From Pyrodictium abyssi (GTDB lineage Archaea > Thermoproteota > Thermoprotei_A > Sulfolobales > Pyrodictiaceae): a stretch of 32,000 nucleotides of DNA. This document shows, one piece after another, positions 17,433 through 26,347 of this stretch (positions within the stretch are counted from its first letter, which is position 1; the number at the start of each line of letters is the position of its first letter). The stretch lies in contig NZ_AP028907.1 of NCBI RefSeq assembly GCF_036323395.1, positions 1,860,001-1,892,000 of the forward strand, given 5' to 3'. Both the position numbers and the translations under genes were made by a program. The notes below the pieces were generated by a model. It did not search any database and had not been told where the DNA came from. It was given only the letters and a program-made list of their open reading frames with translations.

Positions 17433-18598
17433 TTGCTGTGGGGCGCTATAACGCCACCAGGGCCATACACGCACTAAGGGAGGGACCGTCAGCCGACGAT
17501 ATAATACCACCTATAAACATATCAGTTATATATAAGTTCATTGAGGTCACAACACCACCTATCGAAGAAATAAAGTACGGCCGTGAGAATAACCCGACAG
17601 TGATGCGGCTCGAAGAAGCACTATCCGCTGCCGAGTCCGCCAACTGGTGCCTCGCCTTTAACACAGGGATGTCCGCCATCTCGACTCTACTACTACATAT
17701 GCTTCCCCGGGCAAAGAGAATAGTGGCAAGCAGGCTCCTGTACGGTTCCACGCGCACACTTCTCGAGAAAATGACCGGGCTTAACGACAAAGTAGAACTC
17801 GTGTACGCTGGGCCCCCATGGGATGAGCTACTCTCAACCATACGTGCGGGAGATATGGTCTTCATAGAGACTGTCGGGAACCCTACTCTCCGCATACCTC
17901 CCATAGACGAGATGGTCGAACTGTGTAGACAAGTGGACTGCACTGTTATCGTTGACAATACTTTCGCGACACCTGTGCTATACCGCCCCCTAGAGGCGGG
18001 TGCCGACATAGTAGTTGAGAGCATGACCAAGTACATAGCCGGGCACAATGATGTCCTCGGTGGCCTACTCTGCAGCAACATAGACACTCTAAAGGAGAGT
18101 ATATGGGACTGGAGAAAGCTCACGGGAACGATAATTCAGCCCCTCGACGCATACCTGGTAGCCAGGGGGCTTAAGACGCTCCACATCCGCGTAAAACGCT
18201 CCTCCGAGACAGCTATGGAGATAGCCAAGTGGCTCGCCGAGCGCCCAGAAGTAGTTAAAGTCCACTACCCTGGCCTCCCCAACCACCCCGACCATAATAC
18301 TGCAACAAGAATGTTTAACGGGCTCTATGGCGGCGTAGTCTCGTTCGAGATCAAGGGTGGCGCGAGCGCCGCAAAGAAGTTCCTCAACGCGTTAAAGATT
18401 ATAGTACCCTCCCCGAGCCTAGGCGGTACAGAGAGCATAGCAACATATCCCTACGAGAGCAGCCATAGGAATCTCAGCGAGGAAGAGAAGTATAGGCTTG
18501 AAATAACGCCTGGCCTGATAAGGCTGAGCATAGGCCTCGAAGACGTAGAGGACCTCATAGCTGATATAGAAAACGCGTTGAAGGCGTCACAAGCCTAG
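17429..18598 (+). CDS. Cystathionine gamma-synthase/gamma-lyase family PLP enzyme
   Basis: YKFIEVTTPPIEEIKYGRENNPTVMRLEEALSAAESANWCLAFNTGMSAI, VIVDNTFATPVLYRPLEAGADIVVESMTKYIAGHNDVLGG, PSLGGTESIATYP. GTG start overlaps the thrB stop (GTGA). Exact substrate not determinable. Confidence 0.9.
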   Translation: MIAVGRYNATRAIHALREGPSADDIIPPINISVIYKFIEVTTPPIEEIKYGRENNPTVMRLEEALSAAESANWCLAFNTGMSAISTLLLHMLPRAKRIVASRLLYGSTRTLLEKMTGLNDKVELVYAGPPWDELLSTIRAGDMVFIETVGNPTLRIPPIDEMVELCRQVDCTVIVDNTFATPVLYRPLEAGADIVVESMTKYIAGHNDVLGGLLCSNIDTLKESIWDWRKLTGTIIQPLDAYLVARGLKTLHIRVKRSSETAMEIAKWLAERPEVVKVHYPGLPNHPDHNTATRMFNGLYGGVVSFEIKGGASAAKKFLNALKIIVPSPSLGGTESIATYPYESSHRNLSEEEKYRLEITPGLIRLSIGLEDVEDLIADIENALKASQA

Positions 18599-18629
18599 AA
18601 CAACTCTTACTATTCCTTTAACGACCCCG

Positions 18630-19205
18630 CTAAATGAACTCCTTGAGTATTTTTGCCACCTCCTTCGCCAGCTGGTCCTCCTCCACGCCTCTGAGACCTT
18701 CGAGTTTTTCGGCTAGCTCTTTATTCCCTAGTACAGTTCTCACCCATGCCACTAGGTACCCGTTTCTCACAACGTAGGACAGTTCCTCTGGCCTGACTAT
18801 CCCGTATACCACGGCGGCTGCCAGCTGCTCTAAGCTGGATACGCGGAGTGGTACTAGGCCGCCTTTATTGATGAAGTAGAACGGTTCAATGGTCTCAGTT
18901 GCAGCGGCCCCAATGGCTTGGGCTGCTTCGGCCTCTGTTTTCTCGTGTACTTCTCTGGCTTCCTCTTCCTGGGATTCTTTGGGCTTCGAGAAGAGTGCTA
19001 GACCCTGCTCTGTTATCTTTACCGTGTTTCCGATTCTTGTAGCTAGCCCTAGCTTCTCGAGCTCCGAGGCATATTTCCTAACCGTAGCAGTCTTTATGCC
19101 TAGTAATTTTGCTAGCTCGCTTACTTCGCATTCTTTCTTATCAGCGAGGATTTCAAGCATTCTTCTCTTAGTGGCTGTGAGGTCTTCTAGTAGCATAGGA
19201 CACAC
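18630..19205 (-). CDS. Winged-HTH domain protein (ArsR/MarR-like N-terminus)
   Basis: TATKRRMLEILADKKECEVSELAKLLGIKTATVRKYASELEKLGLATRIGNTVKITEQGLALF. Confidence 0.75.
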   Translation of the reverse strand: MCPMLLEDLTATKRRMLEILADKKECEVSELAKLLGIKTATVRKYASELEKLGLATRIGNTVKITEQGLALFSKPKESQEEEAREVHEKTEAEAAQAIGAAATETIEPFYFINKGGLVPLRVSSLEQLAAAVVYGIVRPEELSYVVRNGYLVAWVRTVLGNKELAEKLEGLRGVEEDQLAKEVAKILKEFI

Positions 19206-19378
19206 CCCGCGGGGCTCTGTAACTCTACTCCAATAATCAACTCCTTATAAGGTAATACCGTCGTGAGGCCTCCCGAACCAAACTAGCCTAGCCGGTCTAG
19301 CTGGCATACCAGGCGACAAGTACATGCAGCGATAGGCGTATCAACAGCTGACCTATACGACCCATCAAGGAGATTGCT

Positions 19379-21445
19379 ATGAGGGCGCGCGGCCTCGCTG
19401 CAATTTTTCTAACATCTATACTCATCCTAATTACCCTAGCATCGTCGCTGGGCTATGCAAGCGCCCCCATATATAAGTGGATGAACACTGTAGAAGTTAT
19501 GGTACCCGGCGTTGTAGCTACGCCACACGGCTATACGGGAGCAATGTCTAAGCTTGTAGTCACTGTGGCATGGCCTGGGAAGGGTATAGTATACTTTTCC
19601 GCCGATCCCCTAACGGAGCTAGATACACAGGCAGCTGCCAGGATGGCGGCACTCGTGGCGTCTATACTAGCAGGCGTCAACTACTATTCATACGACTACT
19701 TTATCCGTCTTGAGTCAAATACAGCGCTGATAGGCGGGCCTAGCGCGAGCGGCGCAATGACTATAGCCATTCTAGCGGCCCTACGTAGTACGAAGATCTC
19801 CACAGACTTCTCTATGACCGGCATGGTCGATCCGGATACCACTTTAGGACCTGTGGGCGGTATTCCGCAGAAGCTTGAAGCAGCCGCCAGGGCTGGCGCG
19901 AAGATATTCGTCATACCCATAGGCGAGCGTTATAGTGTGGACCTCAATACGGGCGAGAAGGTTGACGTGGCTGCTCTCGGCAAAGAGCTTGGAGTAAAGG
20001 TGGTGGAAGCGGGTACTATAGCTGAGGCGTACGAGATAGCAACGGGCGACAGGCTCTTTGCCGAGAATGACTTGCCAATAGTTAGTTACCCTTCGTGGCT
20101 CGCATCTGCGCTAAACGAGAGCATGAACGTATACCGGGAAGCAGCGCTCTCGAACATGACGTGCGCCGAGAAAGCTCTAGCTAAACTGCCTAGCTCCTTA
20201 GCTTCACAGCTATCAAGTATACTTGAGGATGCTAAACACAACATAGAGGTAGCAGAGAATCTCAAAGAGGCTGGAAAGCTCTACGCTGCTGCATCTAGGT
20301 ACTTCGCCGCCGCCATAGAAGCGACCTACGTATGCAGCGCCGCTAACGCTTACACCAAGGACGACCCGCTTACCGCGCTTGCTAGCACCGCGAAAAACTA
20401 TGCAGATGAAGCGGCAACGCTACTTGAACACGTAAATGGGACTCTGAACAAGGTTCTTGCCGGCAAGACTAATATAACCGATATAGGGCTACAACTATAC
20501 ATAGCCTCCATGACTAGACTTGTTGACGCGAGCAGCAACCTTGACACAGTCTACACTATGCTAGAAATAGCTAAGAAGGCTGCAAGCTACCAGGCATTAC
20601 AAGCGCTCGACAAGGCTCTGCAAGCAGCAGTCTATGCGTACTATAGAGCAATGACGGCCAACCAGTGGCTGGGGCTCGCGCTACAAGCCAGCGGGGGTAC
20701 ACCAATAGACTTTGACCTCTTGTTTAGAGGCGTGGAGATCTATGTGTACTTTGCCGAGTCCGCTATGAGCTATCTCCAGGCCCTTGGAGTAGACGTGTCA
20801 GACGTTGGAGAGAAGATAGCTGCTGCAAAGGCCATGATACAGCAGAGCGCTGACAGCGCAGACAAGGTAGCACTACTACGTGCTCTAGCGTATAGTGTTG
20901 AGGGGCTAGCCGAGATAAATAGTAAGCTCCATGTAGCATTCAACACTGGTGTGACCGTTCTCGACGCTTCACAGAAGAGCCTCCGGGTACTCCTGCAGAG
21001 GCTATCAAGCCTCAATATAACACCCGTGCTACCGCTACTCTATTCAGAGTATGCTGACACCCGAGTAGACATTAATGCCAAGCTGAGCCTCTATGTTCAA
21101 GCATCAAGCTACGCGCTACTGCTCGCACTCATTGGGAATAGGCAGCCCAGCGCGCCATCAACGACTACCGAGAACATCGGGACGACAGCTGCAAACGAAA
21201 CTACAACATCAACAACGGCTGCCACACATGCCAGAGAAGCCGTGACGGTAACGACCACAGTAACAACAATACACACGCTCACAACCACTATAACTAAGAC
21301 TAAGGAGGTTGGGGAAACCACCGTCCGGGCCTCGGAGAAGAATACAACGCCACTACTGGGCTACCTAGTGGTAGCCGGTACCGCCCTTGCCATAGGCATT
21401 ATGCTAGAGCGTCTACGCAGAAGCCCCCGCGAGGAGCTCTACTAG
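19379..21445 (+). CDS. Secreted, membrane-anchored Lon-type (Ser/Lys dyad) protease
   Basis: N-terminal signal/TM; Lon catalytic region IGGPSASGAMTIAILAAL...SMTGMVDPDTTLGPVGGIPQKLEAAARAGAKIFVIP; Thr-rich stalk and C-terminal TM LLGYLVVAGTALAIGIMLERLRR. No AAA+ module. Confidence 0.85.
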   Translation: MRARGLAAIFLTSILILITLASSLGYASAPIYKWMNTVEVMVPGVVATPHGYTGAMSKLVVTVAWPGKGIVYFSADPLTELDTQAAARMAALVASILAGVNYYSYDYFIRLESNTALIGGPSASGAMTIAILAALRSTKISTDFSMTGMVDPDTTLGPVGGIPQKLEAAARAGAKIFVIPIGERYSVDLNTGEKVDVAALGKELGVKVVEAGTIAEAYEIATGDRLFAENDLPIVSYPSWLASALNESMNVYREAALSNMTCAEKALAKLPSSLASQLSSILEDAKHNIEVAENLKEAGKLYAAASRYFAAAIEATYVCSAANAYTKDDPLTALASTAKNYADEAATLLEHVNGTLNKVLAGKTNITDIGLQLYIASMTRLVDASSNLDTVYTMLEIAKKAASYQALQALDKALQAAVYAYYRAMTANQWLGLALQASGGTPIDFDLLFRGVEIYVYFAESAMSYLQALGVDVSDVGEKIAAAKAMIQQSADSADKVALLRALAYSVEGLAEINSKLHVAFNTGVTVLDASQKSLRVLLQRLSSLNITPVLPLLYSEYADTRVDINAKLSLYVQASSYALLLALIGNRQPSAPSTTTENIGTTAANETTTSTTAATHAREAVTVTTTVTTIHTLTTTITKTKEVGETTVRASEKNTTPLLGYLVVAGTALAIGIMLERLRRSPREELY

Positions 21446-21465
21446 CCTACGAATCCGGAGCTCTT

Positions 21466-22335
21466 TTACACCCACGGCACTTGATCCGGGTTTTTAATGT
21501 CCAGTACCACGTCTACGCGTAAGCCGAGCCTGTCGAGAGCGCGGCTAACACGGTTTCTGAGCCTAGCAGTGTCTAGTCGTGGGGCTCTCCTTATCGCTGC
21601 TGGATGTGACCTCCTCGGAACCCATATGGTTATCTCTAGCTCTATGCTGCTACTATCTCCTTTAGAGGAGATGCCGGCGACTGTATAGCCAGCAGCATCT
21701 GCAAGGACGCGCGCAGCCTCACGAATGGGCGTATCTTGCTCTAGACTTTCCGTAGCCAACTCTTCGGGCGTAGCTGGCAAGTATTGGGATAGCTCGAGTG
21801 ATAGGAGCAATACATACTCTGGAACCGGGTCGTCTAGGTCATACCGGCTAGCTAGCGAATCCACTACGCCGGCTCTAACGGCCAGAGAGTACGCCTGGAG
21901 CACCGTACGCTGTGGCAGTGTCTCTACCCCGCATCCTGTCGCCGTTACCACCTCCGACTCGGCTACCAAGGCAGGCTTCATCTTCTTCTTTATCAGCCAG
22001 GCTGCTGCAACCGTTGAACTTCTTCCACAGCCACGGAAGCAATGAACTAGAGCAGGCTCATCAATCTTACCGATTATGTAGGCTAGCTCGGCTAGAGTGG
22101 GTGCGTTATACTCGCCTATAGGGCGCCATACTAAGCGCTTACCAATACCCTCTACCAAGCGTGGATCGTAGCCGCCGCTATAGACGTGTTCTATCGGGGT
22201 TGCTAGCGATATTATTGTATCGAATTCTGACAGCATGCTTTCTACGTCTTCTGATTTAGGCATAGGTGACACGGCCAAAGCGCCTTTCTCTACCCAGCGT
22301 GCTCGTAGCCCCGGTGCATTTAGATGAGCCTCCAT
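21466..22335 (-). CDS. Cys-based protein phosphatase-like protein (DSP/PTP signature)
   Basis: PALVHCFRGCGRSSTVAAAWLI matches HCxxGxxRS; N-terminal MPKSEDVESMLSEFDTIISL resembles archaeal dual-specificity phosphatases; long C-terminal extension. Confidence 0.8.
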   Translation of the reverse strand: MEAHLNAPGLRARWVEKGALAVSPMPKSEDVESMLSEFDTIISLATPIEHVYSGGYDPRLVEGIGKRLVWRPIGEYNAPTLAELAYIIGKIDEPALVHCFRGCGRSSTVAAAWLIKKKMKPALVAESEVVTATGCGVETLPQRTVLQAYSLAVRAGVVDSLASRYDLDDPVPEYVLLLSLELSQYLPATPEELATESLEQDTPIREAARVLADAAGYTVAGISSKGDSSSIELEITIWVPRRSHPAAIRRAPRLDTARLRNRVSRALDRLGLRVDVVLDIKNPDQVPWV

Positions 22336-22341
22336 CGGCGT

Positions 22342-22770
22342 TCACCCGGTCTTCGTGCCTGCCTCCATGCTGCTATGGACTGTCGAAAATGGTATGTACC
22401 TTACATTACAGCCTTTAACTGAGGATAGCCTCGTGTGCATCTCAGCTATCCTTCCGGAGGGGCCTTGCACGACCACGATCTCTGTGCATACTTCGTTGAC
22501 GTGGACGTGGGTCGTACTCACTACTATGTCCTTATACTTGTCGAGCAGCGATGCCACTTCGCCTCTGTCGAAGCTGCCTAGTATTATCATTACACCGCTA
22601 CACTCGTGGTCGTGGAGATAGTGGCGGTATTCGTTTAGAAACGAAGCTACTGCATGCTCTACGAGCCTCGATCTATCGGTTCTCAGCCTGGCTGCTAGGG
22701 CGTCGAGTTCCCCGGCTATAGTACTGGGTAGTGATACACCGAAGCGTCTTCTCCGGGTCAATGCTAGCAC
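22342..22770 (-). CDS. NikR-like metal-responsive regulator (RHH + ACT-like domain)
   Basis: RRRFGVSLPSTIAGELDALAARLRTDRSRLVEHAVASFLNEY, VSTTHVHVNEVCTEIVVVQGPSGRIAEMHTRLSSVKGCNVRYIPF. Confidence 0.82.
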   Translation of the reverse strand: MLALTRRRRFGVSLPSTIAGELDALAARLRTDRSRLVEHAVASFLNEYRHYLHDHECSGVMIILGSFDRGEVASLLDKYKDIVVSTTHVHVNEVCTEIVVVQGPSGRIAEMHTRLSSVKGCNVRYIPFSTVHSSMEAGTKTG

Positions 22771-22771
22771 C

Positions 22772-23638
22772 CTACCGCGATCTAGTTACAAGGAACAGAT
22801 ACGTAGAGAGCATGACCAGGCCAGTTGCCCCTGAAGGCGATATGCCGAGCACGAGGCTGAGGATGAGGCCCAGCCCTGCAGCAGCGAGAGCAGAGGATAC
22901 CGATAATAGCACGGCTTCACTAGCACTGCGCGCATACATTGCTGCCGCTGCACCAGGCAGCAGTATGAGTACGTGTTCCAGGACAAAGCCTACTATCTGC
23001 ACCATTGTGCCCACTACTACACCGACTAGCGTGAAGAAGGCTAGATCATATAGCCATACCGACATCCCTGTTATCTTGGCTAGATCTCTCTCGACGCCTA
23101 TGTATACTTGTTCTCGGTAGCTTAGCGCAACTACTAGGCATACAGCGAGAGCTGTAGCTACAGCTATCCATGCTTCCAGAGGGCCTACAAGCAACGGGTC
23201 ACCAAATACGATCGAGGCTATGTCTGCCCCGCCGGCCGCGCTTTTGACGTAGTAGGCTAGAATGACACTAGTAGAGGCGGAGAATGAGACTAGGACAGAA
23301 GTAGCTATATCGGGCTCAACATCACTAAATATCATGTAGCCCGCTATATATACTAGCAACACTGTTAAGAGTACCGTCAACACGTATGCCGGTGCATCCA
23401 TGCCGCCGGTGACTAGCACCGCTAAGAGCGCTGCGAGAAGAGCCGAATGTGGAGTAGCCCCTGCAAGGAAGAAGAGCCTCCGTGCTGCAACAAGAGCACT
23501 CATTAGGCCAAAGGCTAGCCCAGCAGCAAGCACCGCAAGCGCTGGATAGATAGATATCCTTGTAGAATAACTAATTAGCGATATTGCTGCCAGACTAGCT
23601 GCGCCGAGCAGACTAGTTGCACCCACATTCTTCGCCAT
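22772..23638 (-). CDS. Metal ABC transporter permease (ABC-3/ZnuB-like)
   Basis: Multi-TM protein with LFFLAGATPHSALLAALLAVL and VVGTMVQIVGFVLEHVLILLPGAAAAMYARSASEAVLLS; co-oriented with the SBP gene. Confidence 0.85.
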   Translation of the reverse strand: MAKNVGATSLLGAASLAAISLISYSTRISIYPALAVLAAGLAFGLMSALVAARRLFFLAGATPHSALLAALLAVLVTGGMDAPAYVLTVLLTVLLVYIAGYMIFSDVEPDIATSVLVSFSASTSVILAYYVKSAAGGADIASIVFGDPLLVGPLEAWIAVATALAVCLVVALSYREQVYIGVERDLAKITGMSVWLYDLAFFTLVGVVVGTMVQIVGFVLEHVLILLPGAAAAMYARSASEAVLLSVSSALAAAGLGLILSLVLGISPSGATGLVMLSTYLFLVTRSR

Positions 23639-23650
23639 AGCAGTTCCCCA

Positions 23651-24562
23651 CTAATTATTTGTGTCATTAGATAATTCTTTTACTTGTTCTATTATCTGCC
23701 CCAGCTTATAGGGAATAGTCCCGGGCTCGTATGGAGATGGGACACGTAGTACTGGTATACCATACTCCTCTGCTATTTCAAGTAGCCTTGCATCTGCACG
23801 AGTAGCTGGTTTACCATTGTATACCGATATGATTGCAAGCACTGCAGAGCCATCAGCTATAGCTTGTTTAATCTGCTCCATGTCCTCTGGGGTAACCGGT
23901 ACACCATGCTCCCTGCTAAGGAACTTTATAACGTCAATTCCCAGCCAGTCTACAGCATACTGTATGTATGGGAGAGATGCAATAGCCCTCACGTGAACTC
24001 TAGGAGCCTCGCTAGTGAGTCTCTTTACTTCTGCCTCTAGCTCAGAGGCTCTGCCTAAGTAGTAGCTACTACAGTCAGGCCTTAGGGATGCCAGCTTAGC
24101 TGCAACCTCCTTGACAAATAGTATGTAGTTATACGGGTCATAGATAATCATGTGTGGGTTAACAGACCCAGTATCCGGGTTGACGAGAATCCTCATACCC
24201 TTGATGCTTGGTATTTCTATTAACTTGTCCTTATCTACCAGCGACCTTAGCTTTACCTCGAACGGCGCATGCCCAAGAGTTATCACTAAATCTGCCCTTT
24301 TCACATGATCTATGTCGTCTACTGTGAGCTGGTACTCATGCGGGTCTACACTCGACGACGCTATTACGTAGACTCTGTCACCACTACAAAGTAATTGTGA
24401 TACATCGTATTCTATATTAGGAAAACTAACGACTACAAGGAGCCCCTTATCAGCGCTGTTGGATCCATGACCGCTACTCTGCCCGGCTATATATGCCGCT
24501 GATGCTAGTACCAGGGCTAGTACACCGGCTGCTAGTAGCACCGCCAATCTTCGCCGGTCCAT
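23651..24562 (-). CDS. Metal ABC transporter substrate-binding protein (ZnuA/TroA-like)
   Basis: N-terminal signal; VVVSFPNIEYDVSQLLCSGDRVYVIASSSVDPHEYQLTVDDIDHVKRADLVITLGHAPFE; AIASLPYIQYAVDWLGI. Confidence 0.85.
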   Translation of the reverse strand: MDRRRLAVLLAAGVLALVLASAAYIAGQSSGHGSNSADKGLLVVVSFPNIEYDVSQLLCSGDRVYVIASSSVDPHEYQLTVDDIDHVKRADLVITLGHAPFEVKLRSLVDKDKLIEIPSIKGMRILVNPDTGSVNPHMIIYDPYNYILFVKEVAAKLASLRPDCSSYYLGRASELEAEVKRLTSEAPRVHVRAIASLPYIQYAVDWLGIDVIKFLSREHGVPVTPEDMEQIKQAIADGSAVLAIISVYNGKPATRADARLLEIAEEYGIPVLRVPSPYEPGTIPYKLGQIIEQVKELSNDTNN

Positions 24563-24587
24563 TCACGCCTCCCAGGGGTTACACCCT

Positions 24588-24631
24588 CTTGTGCACACTG
24601 TTTATAATATTTCTCGTAGACTGTGCACAAG
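24588..24631. promoter_or_regulatory. Divergent control region of the metal ABC genes: inverted repeat CTTGTGCACA-N24-TGTGCACAAG flanking a TATA-like element
   Basis: Arms at 24588-24597 and 24622-24631 are perfect reverse complements; TTTATAATAT lies between them (about 24601-24610). Confidence 0.65.
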
Positions 24632-24644
24632 GTGGGGTACAACG

Positions 24645-25448
24645 GTGCAAGAGAGATGCAAAGACGCGAAGATAGAGCTCACATCAATAGAGGTACTATA
24701 CGGCTCTACCAAAGCGCTTGAGATAGACCATTTACTATTGCTTGGCCCGGCCCTAGTACAAGTACTCGGACCAAATGGTGCGGGAAAGACTACCCTGTTG
24801 AAGACTATTCTAGGCCTAGTAGCTCCTCGTAGAGGACGCGTCTACGTATGCGGATACGACGCGACAGGAAGACCTAATAGGGCCGGCCGCTTTATAGGCT
24901 ATGTTCCACAGCTCGCCAATGTTCCTAGCCACTTCCCAATAACGCCATGGGAGATAATAGAGTACGAAGCGTCGGCACGCAGTAAGGGCGGCTCGTTCTT
25001 CGCGAGAAAGGAGGAGATCAGCAGGATTGTAGAAGCCTCTCTCATGGCCGTCGGTCTTCATGAAGATGCATGGTTTAAGCCTCTGCGCGACCTTAGTGGA
25101 GGCCAGCGCCAGCGCGTTTTCATAGCAAGAGCGCTTGTCCACAACCCCCCGATACTGCTGATGGACGAGCCATTCTCCGCAGTTGATCCCGGAGGGCGGG
25201 TGGAGCTAGCTGAGCTTGTAGCCTCGCTTGCTCGTACCCATCTAGTTGTAGTGACCAGCCATGACCCCATGCTTCTCCTAGACTACACTGATACTATAGT
25301 CCTTATCAATCGCAAGCTAGTAGCTGTTGGCGATCCTCACACTGTGCTCAGAGAGGATATACTAGCAGAAGTGTATGGTGCAGCCGTACTACGTGTAAAA
25401 GACCATGTACACATCAGCGACGAGCATGGTGTAGCCGGCTGGCGCTAA
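24645..25448 (+). CDS. Metal ABC transporter ATP-binding protein
   Basis: VQVLGPNGAGKTTLLKTILGL (Walker A), DLSGGQRQRVFIARALVHNPPILLMDEPFSAVDPGGR. Internal GTG start assumed; the ORF opens at 24591. Confidence 0.9.
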   Translation: MQERCKDAKIELTSIEVLYGSTKALEIDHLLLLGPALVQVLGPNGAGKTTLLKTILGLVAPRRGRVYVCGYDATGRPNRAGRFIGYVPQLANVPSHFPITPWEIIEYEASARSKGGSFFARKEEISRIVEASLMAVGLHEDAWFKPLRDLSGGQRQRVFIARALVHNPPILLMDEPFSAVDPGGRVELAELVASLARTHLVVVTSHDPMLLLDYTDTIVLINRKLVAVGDPHTVLREDILAEVYGAAVLRVKDHVHISDEHGVAGWR

Positions 25449-25477
25449 AGTGGCTCCCATGAACTCACTTTACTCTC

Positions 25478-26347
25478 ATGCATTCAGAGAGAAAACTGAA
25501 GTCTGAGGAACAAGCCATGAAGCCCCGCTGTAGCCCGGACCTGGTCCCAGCTGATAATGCTCTAACAAGAGCCCTGGAGAACGCGCTAAGAGCTGTGAAG
25601 GAGGAGTATCCCTTCCTCGACGAGAGGGTTGAGGAGATAGCTGTATCCCGGAGATTCACTCTTGTCCGGTTAGCCGGTGGAGGTATAGGCATAGCCTTCT
25701 CCGGCGACTATGAGCCACCGCCAGAGGAGCTCGTGCTCGGAGAAACTACTGCCTCTGAACTAGCCCGGTACGCATGGAGGCATCCAAGCCTCACAAGCCT
25801 CGCACTAGCTGCTGTAAATGCAGCCACTGGTATGCTCATTGAGGAAAAGCCTGGACTGAATGGACTCGTACGCGATAGAAATATCGTCGAGGTGATTAAT
25901 CCGGGCCCAGACGAGGCTATAGCCCTCGTGGGATACATACAGGGTGTTGCACGCAAGCTAGCTGCGAAAACGAGCAAGATAGTGGTTTACGAGGACAATC
26001 CTATACATCGCGCCTTAGCTCGTGAGAAAGGGTTCACCACGTATCCGGGAAGCCAGCTGCTCCTGGACGCAGACAACTATGACATAATAATAGCTACTGG
26101 AGCGAGCCTACTAGACCCCCGCATCACAGTAGTATTCACCAACGCCAAGAGGGCCCGTCTACGCGGCTTCATAGGCCCTACATCGAGCTTCCACATAGCA
26201 GCCGCCAAGCACTTAGGCGCTGACTTCATAGCAGGGATTACCATCCCCAGCAGACATAGAGACACCGTAGCGAAGCTCGTCAAGGCGGGCTACGGGTTTA
26301 AGCGCATATCACGCTTCGTGACAAAGTGGATATGGCTGAGACCATAG
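25478..26347 (+). CDS. DUF364/DUF4213-like putative metal-chelation domain protein
   Basis: NAATGMLIEEKPGLNGLV, VALVGYIQGVARKL, VVYEDNPI, LLDADNYDIIIATGASLLDPRI, FIGPTSSFHIAAAKHLGADFIAG pattern. Confidence 0.6.
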   Translation: MHSERKLKSEEQAMKPRCSPDLVPADNALTRALENALRAVKEEYPFLDERVEEIAVSRRFTLVRLAGGGIGIAFSGDYEPPPEELVLGETTASELARYAWRHPSLTSLALAAVNAATGMLIEEKPGLNGLVRDRNIVEVINPGPDEAIALVGYIQGVARKLAAKTSKIVVYEDNPIHRALAREKGFTTYPGSQLLLDADNYDIIIATGASLLDPRITVVFTNAKRARLRGFIGPTSSFHIAAAKHLGADFIAGITIPSRHRDTVAKLVKAGYGFKRISRFVTKWIWLRP

